The notes: generated by a model not told the origin, from the sequence alone. A stretch of DNA of 26,580 bases from Candidatus Hermodarchaeota archaeon (GCA_048885865.1 JBHLLF010000035.1:1-26580); one strand, 5' to 3'. Numbered from the stretch's first letter, positions 8,068 to 17,500 are shown. Made by a program: numbers and translations.

Positions 8068-9756
8068 TTGAACTACAAGACGATAATGTGCGATGTTCTC
8101 GTTGTTGGCGCCGGCGGTGCTGGATGTCGTGCAGCCATTGAGGCAGCAAGGCACAATCTGGATGTTATCATGCTTAGCAAGGAGCTCCTTGGCAAGGCTC
8201 ACACAGCAATGGCTGAGGGTGGCTACAATGTATCACTTGGGAATGTAGACCCTGATGACAACCCTGAAACACACTTCAAGGACACAATAGTCGGTGGGAA
8301 CTATCTAAACAATCAGAAGCTTGCAGAAATTCTCGTTCGTGATGCCTCTGAGAGGATATTCGACCTTGAAGAGTATGGAGCTGTCTTTGACCGAACGCCC
8401 GAGGGCAAGATTGCTCAGAGACCCTTCGGAAAGCAGTCTTGGAGGCGTACCGCATATGCTTCTGACAGGACCGGTTCTGAGATCATGGTGACCTTGACCG
8501 AGGCGATTCGGAAGACCTCGGTACGTGTGTTTGATGAGGTATTTGCTACCAAGATTCTCATTGAGGAAGGCAGAGTTGCCGGCGTCACTGCGATTGACTT
8601 GAAGTATGGAGATTATCTTGTGTTCCGTGCCAAATCCGTTGTCATGGCAACAGGTGGTGCTGGTCGAATTTACGAGGTCACAAGCAATGCCCAGCTAGAT
8701 GTCGGCGATGGTTATGGAATGGCTTACGAAGCTGGCTGTGAGCTCATTGACATGGAGATGGTTCAGTTCCATCCAACAGGAATGGTGAAACCTGAGTCAG
8801 CACGTGGCAGGCTTGTCACAGAAGCGGTACGCGGTGAAGGCGGTATCCTATTGAATAGTGAAGGTGAACGCTTCATGAATCGCTACTATCCAGAGGTCAT
8901 GGAACTGGCAGGCCGAGACCAAGTTGCACGTTCTATTATGACCGAGGTCCTAGAGGGTAGGGGCTCACCTGATGGAGGAGTCTATCTCAGTATAGCACAC
9001 CTCCCGAAGTCTATTGTTGAGTTTCGACTTGAGAGCATGATTGAACAGTTTGAGGATGCTGGCGTAGATATCCGTGAAGAGCCAATGCAAGTATCCCCGA
9101 CTGCACATCATTTCATGGGCGGTATCAAGATTGACGAGGAGTCTGGAACTAACATCCCTGGACTATATGCAGCGGGTGAGTGTACTGGTGGAGTGCATGG
9201 CGGAAACAGACTTGGAGGCAATGCCTTAGCCGACACGCAAGTCTATGGAGCTCTCGCAGGTGAGAGTGCAGCAAAGTTTGCCAAGGAGGGCACTCACGCA
9301 GGCATTAATCGTGACATAATCATCAAGGAGTTCGAGAAACTCGAGGCCATGCTGGAACGCAAGGAAGGCGTATCCCCTGCTGATGCTAGAGATGAGCTAA
9401 CGAAGCTCATGTGGGAGAAGGTTCAGATCTTTAGAAAAGAGGATGAAATGCAATACGCAGTCAAAGAGCTAAGGAGAATCGAGAAGGAAGTTGTTCCAAA
9501 CATCAAGGTAGATGTACCAGTTAAGCGGTTCAACCCAGGTTGGCATCAGGCAGTTGAGTTCGAGCACATGGTGATGACAGCTCGAATGGTGGCCGAGGCT
9601 GCAGTGATGCGCAAGGGAAGTAGAGGCGCACACTACCGTGTGGATGCTGACCCCAATGATAACGGCTATTACAACATCGTAATCCGGAAGGGTGAAGATG
9701 GCAAGATGGAGCTTCGAAAGGAAGATCTCGTCATCACCGAAATCACACCGCCATAG
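8068..9756 (+). CDS. tfrA: Thiol:fumarate reductase flavoprotein subunit (TfrA; SdhA/FrdA family)
   Basis: GAGGAG FAD motif, AHTAMAEGG, QFHPTG, TEAVRGEGG, HHFMGG, HGGNRLGGN, SRGAHYR. TTG start with GGAGGA upstream. Partner gene is TfrB-type and no membrane anchor genes follow. Confidence 0.88.
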   Translation: MNYKTIMCDVLVVGAGGAGCRAAIEAARHNLDVIMLSKELLGKAHTAMAEGGYNVSLGNVDPDDNPETHFKDTIVGGNYLNNQKLAEILVRDASERIFDLEEYGAVFDRTPEGKIAQRPFGKQSWRRTAYASDRTGSEIMVTLTEAIRKTSVRVFDEVFATKILIEEGRVAGVTAIDLKYGDYLVFRAKSVVMATGGAGRIYEVTSNAQLDVGDGYGMAYEAGCELIDMEMVQFHPTGMVKPESARGRLVTEAVRGEGGILLNSEGERFMNRYYPEVMELAGRDQVARSIMTEVLEGRGSPDGGVYLSIAHLPKSIVEFRLESMIEQFEDAGVDIREEPMQVSPTAHHFMGGIKIDEESGTNIPGLYAAGECTGGVHGGNRLGGNALADTQVYGALAGESAAKFAKEGTHAGINRDIIIKEFEKLEAMLERKEGVSPADARDELTKLMWEKVQIFRKEDEMQYAVKELRRIEKEVVPNIKVDVPVKRFNPGWHQAVEFEHMVMTARMVAEAAVMRKGSRGAHYRVDADPNDNGYYNIVIRKGEDGKMELRKEDLVITEITPP

Positions 9757-9768
9757 GAGGCTCAAGGA

Positions 9769-11334
9769 ATGGCAAAGACAATCAAGACAAGGGTCCTCAG
9801 ATACAACCCTGACTCTGATAATGAGCCCTACTTTCAGAAATTCGATGTCGAATACGAGCCTGGAATGACGGTACTTGATGCCCTGCTTTCCATTCAAGAC
9901 AAGTTTGATTCCAGCTTAGCCTTTCGATGGGAGTGTAGGGGTGGACAATGCGGTTCCTGTGCGGTCAAAGTGAATAGGCTCGCTCGGATTGCATGCAGGA
10001 CCAAGGTGGACCCTGACGAGGAGTTGGTTCTAGAGCCTCTAGAGAAGATGCCTGTCATCAAAGACCTAGTCGTTGACATGGCTCAGACCACCTACCGCCT
10101 CAGACGAATCAGACCATACGTTGCTCGTGACAAGAAACCTCAGAGGCCGGAGATCATTCATGCTGAGGAGATTGAGAAGGTAAGAGAGATTCGCAAGTGT
10201 ATAGAGTGCAGTGCCTGTCTATCCAACTGTCCAATTGTTCATGAAACATGGGACTATCCAGGACCAATGATCATTAGGCAGATTGCAAGGCTTGAGCTTG
10301 ACCCTCGCGATGTTGAGGACCGCGTGGCCATGGCTATGAATGAGTCTGTCTATAGCTGCACGACATGTAAGATGTGTACAGACATCTGCCCGAAGAAGAT
10401 TGACATTCCCGCTCTAGCTGTAGAGCTGCTCAGATCAAAAGCAGTTCAGGCAGGCTATCCACTTGCAGAAGGCCAACAGGCCTTCCTTGACTCAATCAAT
10501 GAAACCGGTAGAGCTGTACCAGTGAAAGATGTTCCACTTCTCAAAGAGGTCAAGGATGCGACGTTCTTTGTTGATAATCCTCGTGGCAGGGTTGCTTTCT
10601 TCACAGGCTGTCTTATAGACTACCGGATGCAGAGCACTGGGAAAGCCTTGATTGAAGTCCTTAACCGGAATAACATCGATGTAGTCGTTCCGAAGGAGCA
10701 GTGGTGTTGTGCAAGCCCAGCCTTCAGGACTGGTGATCTCAATACTGCTCATTCTGCGGCAAGAAGAGTCACTGAGATATTCGAGGAGGCCTGTAAGGAA
10801 TACGACTGTGACACAGTAGTTGTCGCATGTGCGGGTTGCGGCAAGACACTTCGTGAGGACCATCGCCCTTTCATTGAGGAAGAGCGCGGTGAGCCGCCAC
10901 TGTACAGAGTCTATGACATGGCTGAGTACATGATTCAGGTGATTGGAAAAGAGAACATCGTCCCACCAAAGGGTGAGATAAAGATGAAAGTCACCTACCA
11001 TGAGCCCTGTCATCTTGGCAGGGGTCAGCACGTCTATGACGAGCCAGTTGAGATTCTCAAGATGATCCCTGGTGTGGAATATATCGAGGACCCATACAGG
11101 AACCGATGCTGTGGTGCAGGTGGTGGTGTCCGTGCTGGCCTGAGAGAGCTATCTCAGAAGATTGCCACTACAAAGAAGGAGTACATAGAAGCCACAGGCG
11201 CTGACATGGTCACCACTGAGTGCCCATTCTGTACGATCCAAATCAATGACATGATGAAAGAGAGTTCGACCGGGATGAAAGTCCGCTACATTCCTGATCT
11301 ACTAGCTGAATCCTACAGAAAGGGCGATGCATAG
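9769..11334 (+). CDS. tfrB: Thiol:fumarate reductase subunit B (2Fe-2S, 2x4Fe-4S, two CCG domains)
   Basis: CRGGQCGSC...C; CIECSACLSNCP; CTTCKMCTDICP; then two HdrB/D-type CCG domains (FTGC..WCC..CAGC; HEPCH..CCGAGGG..CPFC). Confidence 0.88.
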   Translation: MAKTIKTRVLRYNPDSDNEPYFQKFDVEYEPGMTVLDALLSIQDKFDSSLAFRWECRGGQCGSCAVKVNRLARIACRTKVDPDEELVLEPLEKMPVIKDLVVDMAQTTYRLRRIRPYVARDKKPQRPEIIHAEEIEKVREIRKCIECSACLSNCPIVHETWDYPGPMIIRQIARLELDPRDVEDRVAMAMNESVYSCTTCKMCTDICPKKIDIPALAVELLRSKAVQAGYPLAEGQQAFLDSINETGRAVPVKDVPLLKEVKDATFFVDNPRGRVAFFTGCLIDYRMQSTGKALIEVLNRNNIDVVVPKEQWCCASPAFRTGDLNTAHSAARRVTEIFEEACKEYDCDTVVVACAGCGKTLREDHRPFIEEERGEPPLYRVYDMAEYMIQVIGKENIVPPKGEIKMKVTYHEPCHLGRGQHVYDEPVEILKMIPGVEYIEDPYRNRCCGAGGGVRAGLRELSQKIATTKKEYIEATGADMVTTECPFCTIQINDMMKESSTGMKVRYIPDLLAESYRKGDA

Positions 11335-11345
11335 CTAAATCAAAT

Positions 11346-11370
11346 GAGGAGAGGTCAGAGTCCTCTCCTT
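11346..11370 (+). terminator. Stem-loop after tfrB (probable terminator or 3' stabiliser)
   Basis: AGGAGAGG-tcagagt-CCTCTCCT forms a perfect 8-bp stem about 12 nt after the stop, followed by pyrimidine-rich sequence. Confidence 0.5.
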
Positions 11371-11458
11371 GCTCAATTTCTATTACTTCACTCTTGGGAA
11401 GTGACTTTCCTGCTCTCCACTTGATTATTTAAATACTTTAAATTTTGAAGTAATATCA

Positions 11459-12010
11459 GTGAATGAAATGACTACAACTACAAATCATCCGCACTCGTCG
11501 AACACAAGCTTTCGCATTATGGCTTGGTATCTCAAATTTCGTGAACGATTCAGGAAACCTGCAGAATTTGTAGGCACACTTGGAATTAAGGAAGGTCATA
11601 ACGTATTGGATTATGGGTGTGGAGTAGGAAGCTACACAATTCCTACGGCAAGACTCGTTGGAGAGTCCGGAAAGGTATATGCACTAGACATTCATCCCAT
11701 TGCGATTGAACGGGTTAAGAAACGTAGCAGGAAGGAAGGACTCGCGAATATTGAAACAATACAGTCGGATCTGGCCACAGGTCTATCGGATGAACATCTT
11801 GACTTTGCTCTTCTCATCGATGTGTATACGTGGATAGATGACAAGATTGGTCTCCTGAAGGAGATTCATAGAATACTGAAGCCTTCAGGGAAACTAGTAT
11901 TCCTTATCGATCATGCCTCTCCAGAGGAATGCAAGTCAAACGTTGAGGAATCAGGTCTGTTCAGACTTGTTTTTCAGGAGGAGAATGTGCTTCGGTACGA
12001 GAAGGCCTGA
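11459..12010 (+). CDS. Class I SAM-dependent methyltransferase
   Basis: VLDYGCGVG (motif I), VYALDI, and EIHRILKPSG. AT-rich TTTAAA boxes lie upstream. Confidence 0.88.
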   Translation: MNEMTTTTNHPHSSNTSFRIMAWYLKFRERFRKPAEFVGTLGIKEGHNVLDYGCGVGSYTIPTARLVGESGKVYALDIHPIAIERVKKRSRKEGLANIETIQSDLATGLSDEHLDFALLIDVYTWIDDKIGLLKEIHRILKPSGKLVFLIDHASPEECKSNVEESGLFRLVFQEENVLRYEKA

Positions 12011-12013
12011 GAA

Positions 12014-13282
12014 TTATCGTCCCTTGAGATATTGCTTGAGCATTCTGTGAACTTGAAGGGCAGCCAAAGAGTTGTCAATCAGTCCTTGTTCGGCTAGTGA
12101 CCAGACTGCCTGAGTAAAGATAATGACATGTGATGCTGTTGGTGCTCCATTAAGGGCAGACATGGCATACTGCGCTGATTTCACAATAGGCCAGTCTTTC
12201 TTTGATATGTCTGGGATCATCTTCTCAAATACACCTGCTTTCAAATCCATCATTTTGTCCCAGTAGTCAGTTGCGTTCTTCACGAGCCATAGCCTGACCT
12301 TTCCTGAGTTTGGTAGGTCTATTCCACTTGGCAACTGGTCCCAGTTGGTTCCTGATTGTTTCTTAATGAGCTTCTCAGTGGACAATTGTTGCGTTGTCAG
12401 AGGCTTTGTCCCGATGTTCCGCCGCAATCTATCTAGCAACCAATCAACTGTATAACTATGAACCAGCCCGGTTTCAGCTGCAGCAGCTATTCTCTGTGCA
12501 AAGATTCCATTGTGGCCCAAAACTCCATATTCTACAATGGATGTAGCAATGAGGTTCTTGTGTTTCGAGAGTCTTGTCGGCTGAGCCATCCTGTCCATTT
12601 GATCATCTATTCTGAAGCCATCCGGCTGCTTTTGTGGCACTTTTCTGATAAGGTACTCTGTTAGATGCCATAGTGAGGCTTGATGCGGGAGTTTGTAGTC
12701 AGATTTCGGAAGTTCGGAAACGAGAGACATTGGCATGATAAAGGCGTGTCCAAGGTTGTCAGGGTCTTCTGCGGCTAGAGATGCAGTCATGCGGCGGAGC
12801 CGAATAGGATCATCGCGGCTTCCAAGTCGTAGTGCAAAACTGAGTGCACTCATGTGTGCCTGTTTCCTTACCGACTGGGTGTAGTTTCGCATGGTCATAT
12901 CTAATGAATCAAGTCTCGTGTCAACATTATACCTGGGTCCACGTTCATTGATCCAGTGATCAATTGCTGCCAGATGTAAGGCCAAGCGTTCAAGGAGCGC
13001 TTTTTGAAGGGAGTCACTGAGATCATTTGGGGTCTTGAGCTTGGAAGAGGGCGGCTTCGCCACTAATATATCAGGATTGGGCCCAAGCTCCTGTATCATC
13101 CGATGAATTGAATGAGTTATGATTGTGGAATGAGGTGTGTCAAAATCGCGCTGCTCATTCCAAGCTGCCGCATGCATTAGAATCGCCCAGATGGCAGATG
13201 GTTGGCTCTTAGATACCATCTCACTAACAAGGGATGCTGCACCGGATTCATCACCAGTCAAACAAGCCTTGAAGAGAGTCAT
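12014..13282 (-). CDS. Hypothetical helical protein with four His-x-x-Ile motifs
   Basis: 422-aa ORF with recurring motifs PHSTII, GHAFIM, GHNGIF and SHVIIF. Confidence 0.8.
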   Translation of the reverse strand: MTLFKACLTGDESGAASLVSEMVSKSQPSAIWAILMHAAAWNEQRDFDTPHSTIITHSIHRMIQELGPNPDILVAKPPSSKLKTPNDLSDSLQKALLERLALHLAAIDHWINERGPRYNVDTRLDSLDMTMRNYTQSVRKQAHMSALSFALRLGSRDDPIRLRRMTASLAAEDPDNLGHAFIMPMSLVSELPKSDYKLPHQASLWHLTEYLIRKVPQKQPDGFRIDDQMDRMAQPTRLSKHKNLIATSIVEYGVLGHNGIFAQRIAAAAETGLVHSYTVDWLLDRLRRNIGTKPLTTQQLSTEKLIKKQSGTNWDQLPSGIDLPNSGKVRLWLVKNATDYWDKMMDLKAGVFEKMIPDISKKDWPIVKSAQYAMSALNGAPTASHVIIFTQAVWSLAEQGLIDNSLAALQVHRMLKQYLKGR

Positions 13283-13359
13283 TGAGAAACACCCCAGTTG
13301 GAAATAGCTCTAACACACTTATCTCTTCAGAAATCATTGATTCCGCTAATGCTGCCTTT

Positions 13360-13875
13360 CTAGGACACGATAAATGACTCTTTGCACATTGAGCAGGTGA
13401 TAGTTTCCCCTTTCACTGCAATACGTTCCAAATCCCCTTTGCAGTATGGACATGCACCAATTGTCTTGGGAGGCGGACCAGTTCCTGTTCCTAGAATGAA
13501 GTCTCCCGCATCATGGTCGATTCTGCCAGACAGTTCTCGACCATCCAATAGGTCATTCAGAATACGTGTGACATTCATGGCGCTGACTCCAGAGTCCTGA
13601 GCGATTCGTTCTATTGAGATACGGCGCATCGATTGAACCGTTTTCTTAACTGCAGTCACAGGGTCTGTCATCACAGGTTTTGCAGCAGGTGTCGGAGTGA
13701 GCGACTCGCGAGCTTCTGAGAGTCCTGTTGGGACCCCTCCTGCAGCCCTTAACTGTGCTCTTAGTTCACCAGTCCTTCGGTTGTACTCCTCCTCAGACAT
13801 CAGTCCACGCATATAGTCTAAGTCCAAATCCTTGATTGCAGTTTCAATCCTCTTGATTTCATCGGGGTCGCTCAT
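13360..13875 (-). CDS. SHOCT-like + PCI/winged-helix + zinc-ribbon protein
   Basis: N-terminal LDYMRGLMSEEEYNRR (SHOCT-like); RISIERIA...VTRILNDLLDGRELSGRIDHDAG (PCI winged-helix pattern); C-terminal CPYC...CSMC. Confidence 0.7.
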   Translation of the reverse strand: MSDPDEIKRIETAIKDLDLDYMRGLMSEEEYNRRTGELRAQLRAAGGVPTGLSEARESLTPTPAAKPVMTDPVTAVKKTVQSMRRISIERIAQDSGVSAMNVTRILNDLLDGRELSGRIDHDAGDFILGTGTGPPPKTIGACPYCKGDLERIAVKGETITCSMCKESFIVS

Positions 13876-13953
13876 TTCCGAAATCGCTCCTTATGCGTAT
13901 CTTTCCAGAAGTGAGTATCCAATATAAGCGAAATTCGCTCAAATCCCGAACCA

Positions 13954-14532
13954 CTAAAGCCGAATTCCTTCCGGCAATTCATCTAATAACATCCCTTTGG
14001 ACTCGGCCGTCCTGATTGCATCAGTAGCCTTCTTCCCACCTATATTCTCCAGTGCTCCAGCCACAGTCTGTCTCACAAACAAAGACTCGTCGCCAAGTGC
14101 TTCAATCAATGGACCGACTGAAGTCCTGTCCTTACGCTCTCCAAGTTGTGCAGCTACATGTATCCGAATCATATACCTTGAATCGCTAAGTGCCTGCACA
14201 AGAATTCCAGTGGCACGTTTGTCCTTGAGAGATCCTAGACGCTCTATAGCACCCATTACTATCTGTTCATCTTCACTCTGCAGCTCTTTTGCTAGTTCGT
14301 CCACAATCGATGGCTCTTTCTTTGTGGTCGTCTTTGCCTTCTTCTTAGCAGGTTTGGCTGCTGCCTTCTTCTTGGTCACTTTGGTCTTAGTGAGTGCCTT
14401 CTTAGGCGCAGGTTTCTTCTTGGTTGTAGTTTCTTTCTCGGTTTTTCCTTTCTTTGAGCTCTTCTCCTTCTTTGTGCTTGTCTTTGCTGTTCTTTTCTTA
14501 GTTGTCGTCTTCGACTTAGAAGCCTTGGACAC
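13954..14532 (-). CDS. HEAT-repeat (PBS lyase-like) protein with Lys/Ala/Thr-rich N-terminal tail
   Basis: About 70 aa of K-rich low complexity, then three HEAT-like repeats (AIERLG, VAAQLG, VAGALE). Probable start is GTG 14532; the ORF track gives 14610. Confidence 0.8.
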   Translation of the reverse strand: MSKASKSKTTTKKRTAKTSTKKEKSSKKGKTEKETTTKKKPAPKKALTKTKVTKKKAAAKPAKKKAKTTTKKEPSIVDELAKELQSEDEQIVMGAIERLGSLKDKRATGILVQALSDSRYMIRIHVAAQLGERKDRTSVGPLIEALGDESLFVRQTVAGALENIGGKKATDAIRTAESKGMLLDELPEGIRL

Positions 14533-14659
14533 TCTCTCCAATCCCCTGAGATGCTGATTCTTGGTGTGGAACATCCTACTTGACTGTTTTGACTGGCCCT
14601 GCCACATCAAAAACGCCTTAACCGTATGCCAAGCAGGTCCAAGCTAGGAGTATCAAAAC

Positions 14660-15046
14660 ATGCACGAGTTCTCAGCCGCGTGTTCAATAGTCGATGCCGC
14701 AGTCCAAGCAGCTGAAGCTCATAATGTGAAAAAGGTGACTGCTGTCAATGTTGAGGTGGGTGAGTTCACTTTTCTAATACCTGAACAGCTCGAGTTCAAC
14801 TTTGAGATAGCAAGCAAGAAGACGATACTTGAAGGAGCTAGATTGAACATCAAGAAGGTGAGGGGGCGGATCAGGTGTCAGCAATGCGCGCATGAGGGTG
14901 AGACTCAGGTGCAGGATGAAGTGCCTTCGCAGGTAGCAATGTTTGCCCCGATGAAATGTCCGAAATGTCAAGGCAGTGCAACTGTGATTATTGGCGGAAA
15001 AGACTTTGTTATTTCGAATATTGAAGCTGAGGTCGCCGCTCCATAG
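14660..15046 (+). CDS. hypA: Hydrogenase maturation nickel metallochaperone HypA
   Basis: N-terminal MHE, CQQC...CPKC zinc site, AGGAG RBS. Confidence 0.95.
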   Translation: MHEFSAACSIVDAAVQAAEAHNVKKVTAVNVEVGEFTFLIPEQLEFNFEIASKKTILEGARLNIKKVRGRIRCQQCAHEGETQVQDEVPSQVAMFAPMKCPKCQGSATVIIGGKDFVISNIEAEVAAP

Positions 15047-15128
15047 TCTTTAGATGCATTTCTAACAATAATACGAAACACACAAAAAGCCAACAAGGTG
15101 CCGATGATTCGCTTTGCGAGGGAGTCAA

Positions 15129-15902
15129 ATGAATGAAGACCAGGTTGAAACGATTGAACTTGAATCATTCAAATCGACTAGTTCCTCCAAGATCATCGCA
15201 GTTGGTGCCATATTATCAGCAGTGTATGCTGTAACCGTTTTCCTTCCTATGAGCCAGTTCATTGGAACGGGGTCTGGAAGCGTCCTGAGTTTTGCGATAT
15301 GCATTGCTCCCCTATTTGGTCTAGTACTTGGCCCTCGTTATGGTTTCGTCTTTGGGGGAATTGCAGGTGTTCTGGCAACAATAGTGTCCATTCAGTTCGG
15401 AGCCCTATATCTTCTTGTTCCAACGATAATCATTGGTCCAGCCCTCTCTGGCCTACTGACTGGACTATGTCTCCAACCGGCCACGGTCATCGACGGTCAG
15501 GGCATCAACGTTCCTGGACCCATGATAACCGCAGGTTATCTGTTCATTGTAATCCTTCTGTACCTGCTACCATTGTACGATGCTTGGTGGTTTATTCTAC
15601 CGTATGCACTAGCCGCACTGGTAGCGGTCATTCTTCAGCTATCCAAGTTTCGTTTCGACTCAACGGTTTCGTTTTCAAGAATCCCCCTCCAAATACTACC
15701 TCTAACTCTTATAGGGTCCTTTACAGACTATTCGATGATGACGATGGGCGCAGTCTATCTCCTCGAACTCGATGCCTATGTCTTTGGCACTCTTATTTTT
15801 CCAGTGATGCTTGTCGAACGGACCTTGTCGGTAATCATCAGTGCGATAATAGCAGGTGTGCTGTTCACAGCTTTTAGGAATGAGCTGTTTGTGCAAGCCT
15901 AA
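15129..15902 (+). CDS. Integral membrane protein, probable ECF transporter S-component-like
   Basis: About 7-8 hydrophobic segments, PLFGLVLGPRYG motif and C-terminal ER before the last TM, as in archaeal ECF S components. Start probably ATG 15129. Confidence 0.55.
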   Translation: MNEDQVETIELESFKSTSSSKIIAVGAILSAVYAVTVFLPMSQFIGTGSGSVLSFAICIAPLFGLVLGPRYGFVFGGIAGVLATIVSIQFGALYLLVPTIIIGPALSGLLTGLCLQPATVIDGQGINVPGPMITAGYLFIVILLYLLPLYDAWWFILPYALAALVAVILQLSKFRFDSTVSFSRIPLQILPLTLIGSFTDYSMMTMGAVYLLELDAYVFGTLIFPVMLVERTLSVIISAIIAGVLFTAFRNELFVQA

Positions 15903-15942
15903 GGTCAACTCAGGCGAAAACACTTCAGTCTAAAGATGTCAG

Positions 15943-16320
15943 CTAAATTAGAACTGCGTTAAGAATACCATCTTGTCCGGGTCTGCTTGTGACCTTAGCA
16001 CGACCCTTCTCAGTCTTGATAATGGTGCCTCTAGTGATGACCTTCCGACGTTGGTAGTCCATGCTGGCGGGATTCATCTCTACATCCTGAATTTCCACGC
16101 GATAGGTTTCTTTCTTCTTTGGGTCTGTGACATTCACCATTTGGACTCTGAGAGCTGGACTCTTTGTCTTCAAGCCTTTGCTCTGTATGAGCTTCCTCTT
16201 GGTATCTCCAATCACTGTTTCAGTTGGAGTGCGGCCCATCTGATGCTTTCTCTTTCCTCTGAATCGCCTGAGCCTTGCACCTGTTTTCGTGCGACCTGAT
16301 CGTCTATGCCAGACACCCAT
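15943..16320 (-). CDS. rps8e: 30S ribosomal protein S8e (eS8)
   Basis: MGVWHRRSGRTKTG...KRKHQMGR...ITRGTII...AKVTSRPGQDGILNAVL. Confidence 0.97.
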   Translation of the reverse strand: MGVWHRRSGRTKTGARLRRFRGKRKHQMGRTPTETVIGDTKRKLIQSKGLKTKSPALRVQMVNVTDPKKKETYRVEIQDVEMNPASMDYQRRKVITRGTIIKTEKGRAKVTSRPGQDGILNAVLI

Positions 16321-16471
16321 TTCTGACTACCTCTTAGTTGGGTCACTGTCGCTCACTGCAGAGTGGTTTTAAGTCTTGCTTACTGGCCAAGATACTGTGG
16401 ATACTGACCCGTTCGAATAGTCCGGTTCAAATACCACAAGCGGCTTTGATAATCTCAGCGGAGGCAGAATA

Positions 16472-17485
16472 ATGACGCGAATCGAGACCGCACACGGTGC
16501 TGGTGGAAAGGTGATGCAACGCCTACTGGAGGATGTGATAATTCCTTCATTCAGTCATAGAAGAGTCGGAACAATAGGTCTCGATGAGATGGATGATGGT
16601 GCTACCTTCCAAATCGACGACGCTAGGTTCATTGTGTGTACGGATGCTCATACCGTTCATCCATTGTTCTTTCCAGGTGGTAACATTGGAACACTCACAG
16701 CCTGCGGCACAGTGAACGACCTCGCAGTGATGGGTGCGCAACCTATGGCTATGACGAACACAGTTATTGTTGAAGAGGGATTTGAGATTGAAACATTACA
16801 AAGTATCCTCAAGTCATTGAATGAAGTGATTGATCCCATTGGTATAGCGATGATTGCTGGTGATACAAAGGTCATGCCCAAAGGTACGCTTGACAGACTT
16901 GTCATGTCTACAACCGGCATTGGAGTAATCTACGGAGATGGACCTGTGGCAGATAGCGGAGCCCAACCAGGTGACGACATCATCGTGACGGGGCCAATAG
17001 GCGATCATGGGACATCTCTTCTTGCTCATAGAGAGGGGCTAGAGTTTGACACCGACCTTACAAGCGATGTTGCACCATTATGGGACCCAATTCGATCCTG
17101 CCTAGATGTGGGCAGAGTGCATTCAATGAAGGATCCCACACGCGGAGGCACGGCAGTTGCATTGAATGAGATAGCATCCAAGTCCGGGGTAGAATTCGAG
17201 ATACAGGAGGGTTGGATCCCTGTACGACCAGCAGTGGTTTCTTTGTGCGAGATTCTTGGATTGGATGCACTGCACATGAGTTGCGAAGGCACTGCGGTCA
17301 TGACGGTTGATTCCTCAAAGACAGATGACATCTTACGAGCTTTGAGAACTCATGAAACAACAATGGACTGTCGTGTAATTGGAAAGGTGAATGAGGGCAG
17401 TCCTCGAGTTGTCATGAAGACAGAAATTGGTGGGAGAAAGATTGTGCAGGTTCCCTACGGAGAGCCAATACCGCGAGTGTGCTAG
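16472..17485 (+). CDS. hypE: Hydrogenase maturation carbamoyl dehydratase HypE
   Basis: AHGAGGK, PLFFPGGNIG, GTVNDL, GDTKV, MKDPTRGG and the diagnostic C-terminal PRVC. Confidence 0.96.
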   Translation: MTRIETAHGAGGKVMQRLLEDVIIPSFSHRRVGTIGLDEMDDGATFQIDDARFIVCTDAHTVHPLFFPGGNIGTLTACGTVNDLAVMGAQPMAMTNTVIVEEGFEIETLQSILKSLNEVIDPIGIAMIAGDTKVMPKGTLDRLVMSTTGIGVIYGDGPVADSGAQPGDDIIVTGPIGDHGTSLLAHREGLEFDTDLTSDVAPLWDPIRSCLDVGRVHSMKDPTRGGTAVALNEIASKSGVEFEIQEGWIPVRPAVVSLCEILGLDALHMSCEGTAVMTVDSSKTDDILRALRTHETTMDCRVIGKVNEGSPRVVMKTEIGGRKIVQVPYGEPIPRVC

Positions 17486-17500
17486 ATGTTTCTACTCACC

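Noticed and set aside
7593-8202. ORF-track ORFs 7593-7850, 7946-8149, 7959-8141 and 8005-8202
   Set aside because: They overlap better-supported genes and lack protein-like character. The 35-aa hydrophobic ORF in another frame is more plausible.
13997-14557. 186-aa Phe/Leu-rich plus-strand ORF that looks like a membrane protein
   Set aside because: It is the reverse complement of the Lys-rich HEAT gene; AAG/AAA codons read as Leu/Phe on the other strand.
15299-15877. 192-aa alternative-frame ORF within the membrane protein gene
   Set aside because: Cys/Ser/Arg-rich off-frame product overlapping a coherent multi-TM gene.
16321-16471. Possible ncRNA (e.g. SRP RNA) next to rps8e
   Set aside because: Only about 150 bp, not GC-rich or strongly structured, and explained by divergent promoters.
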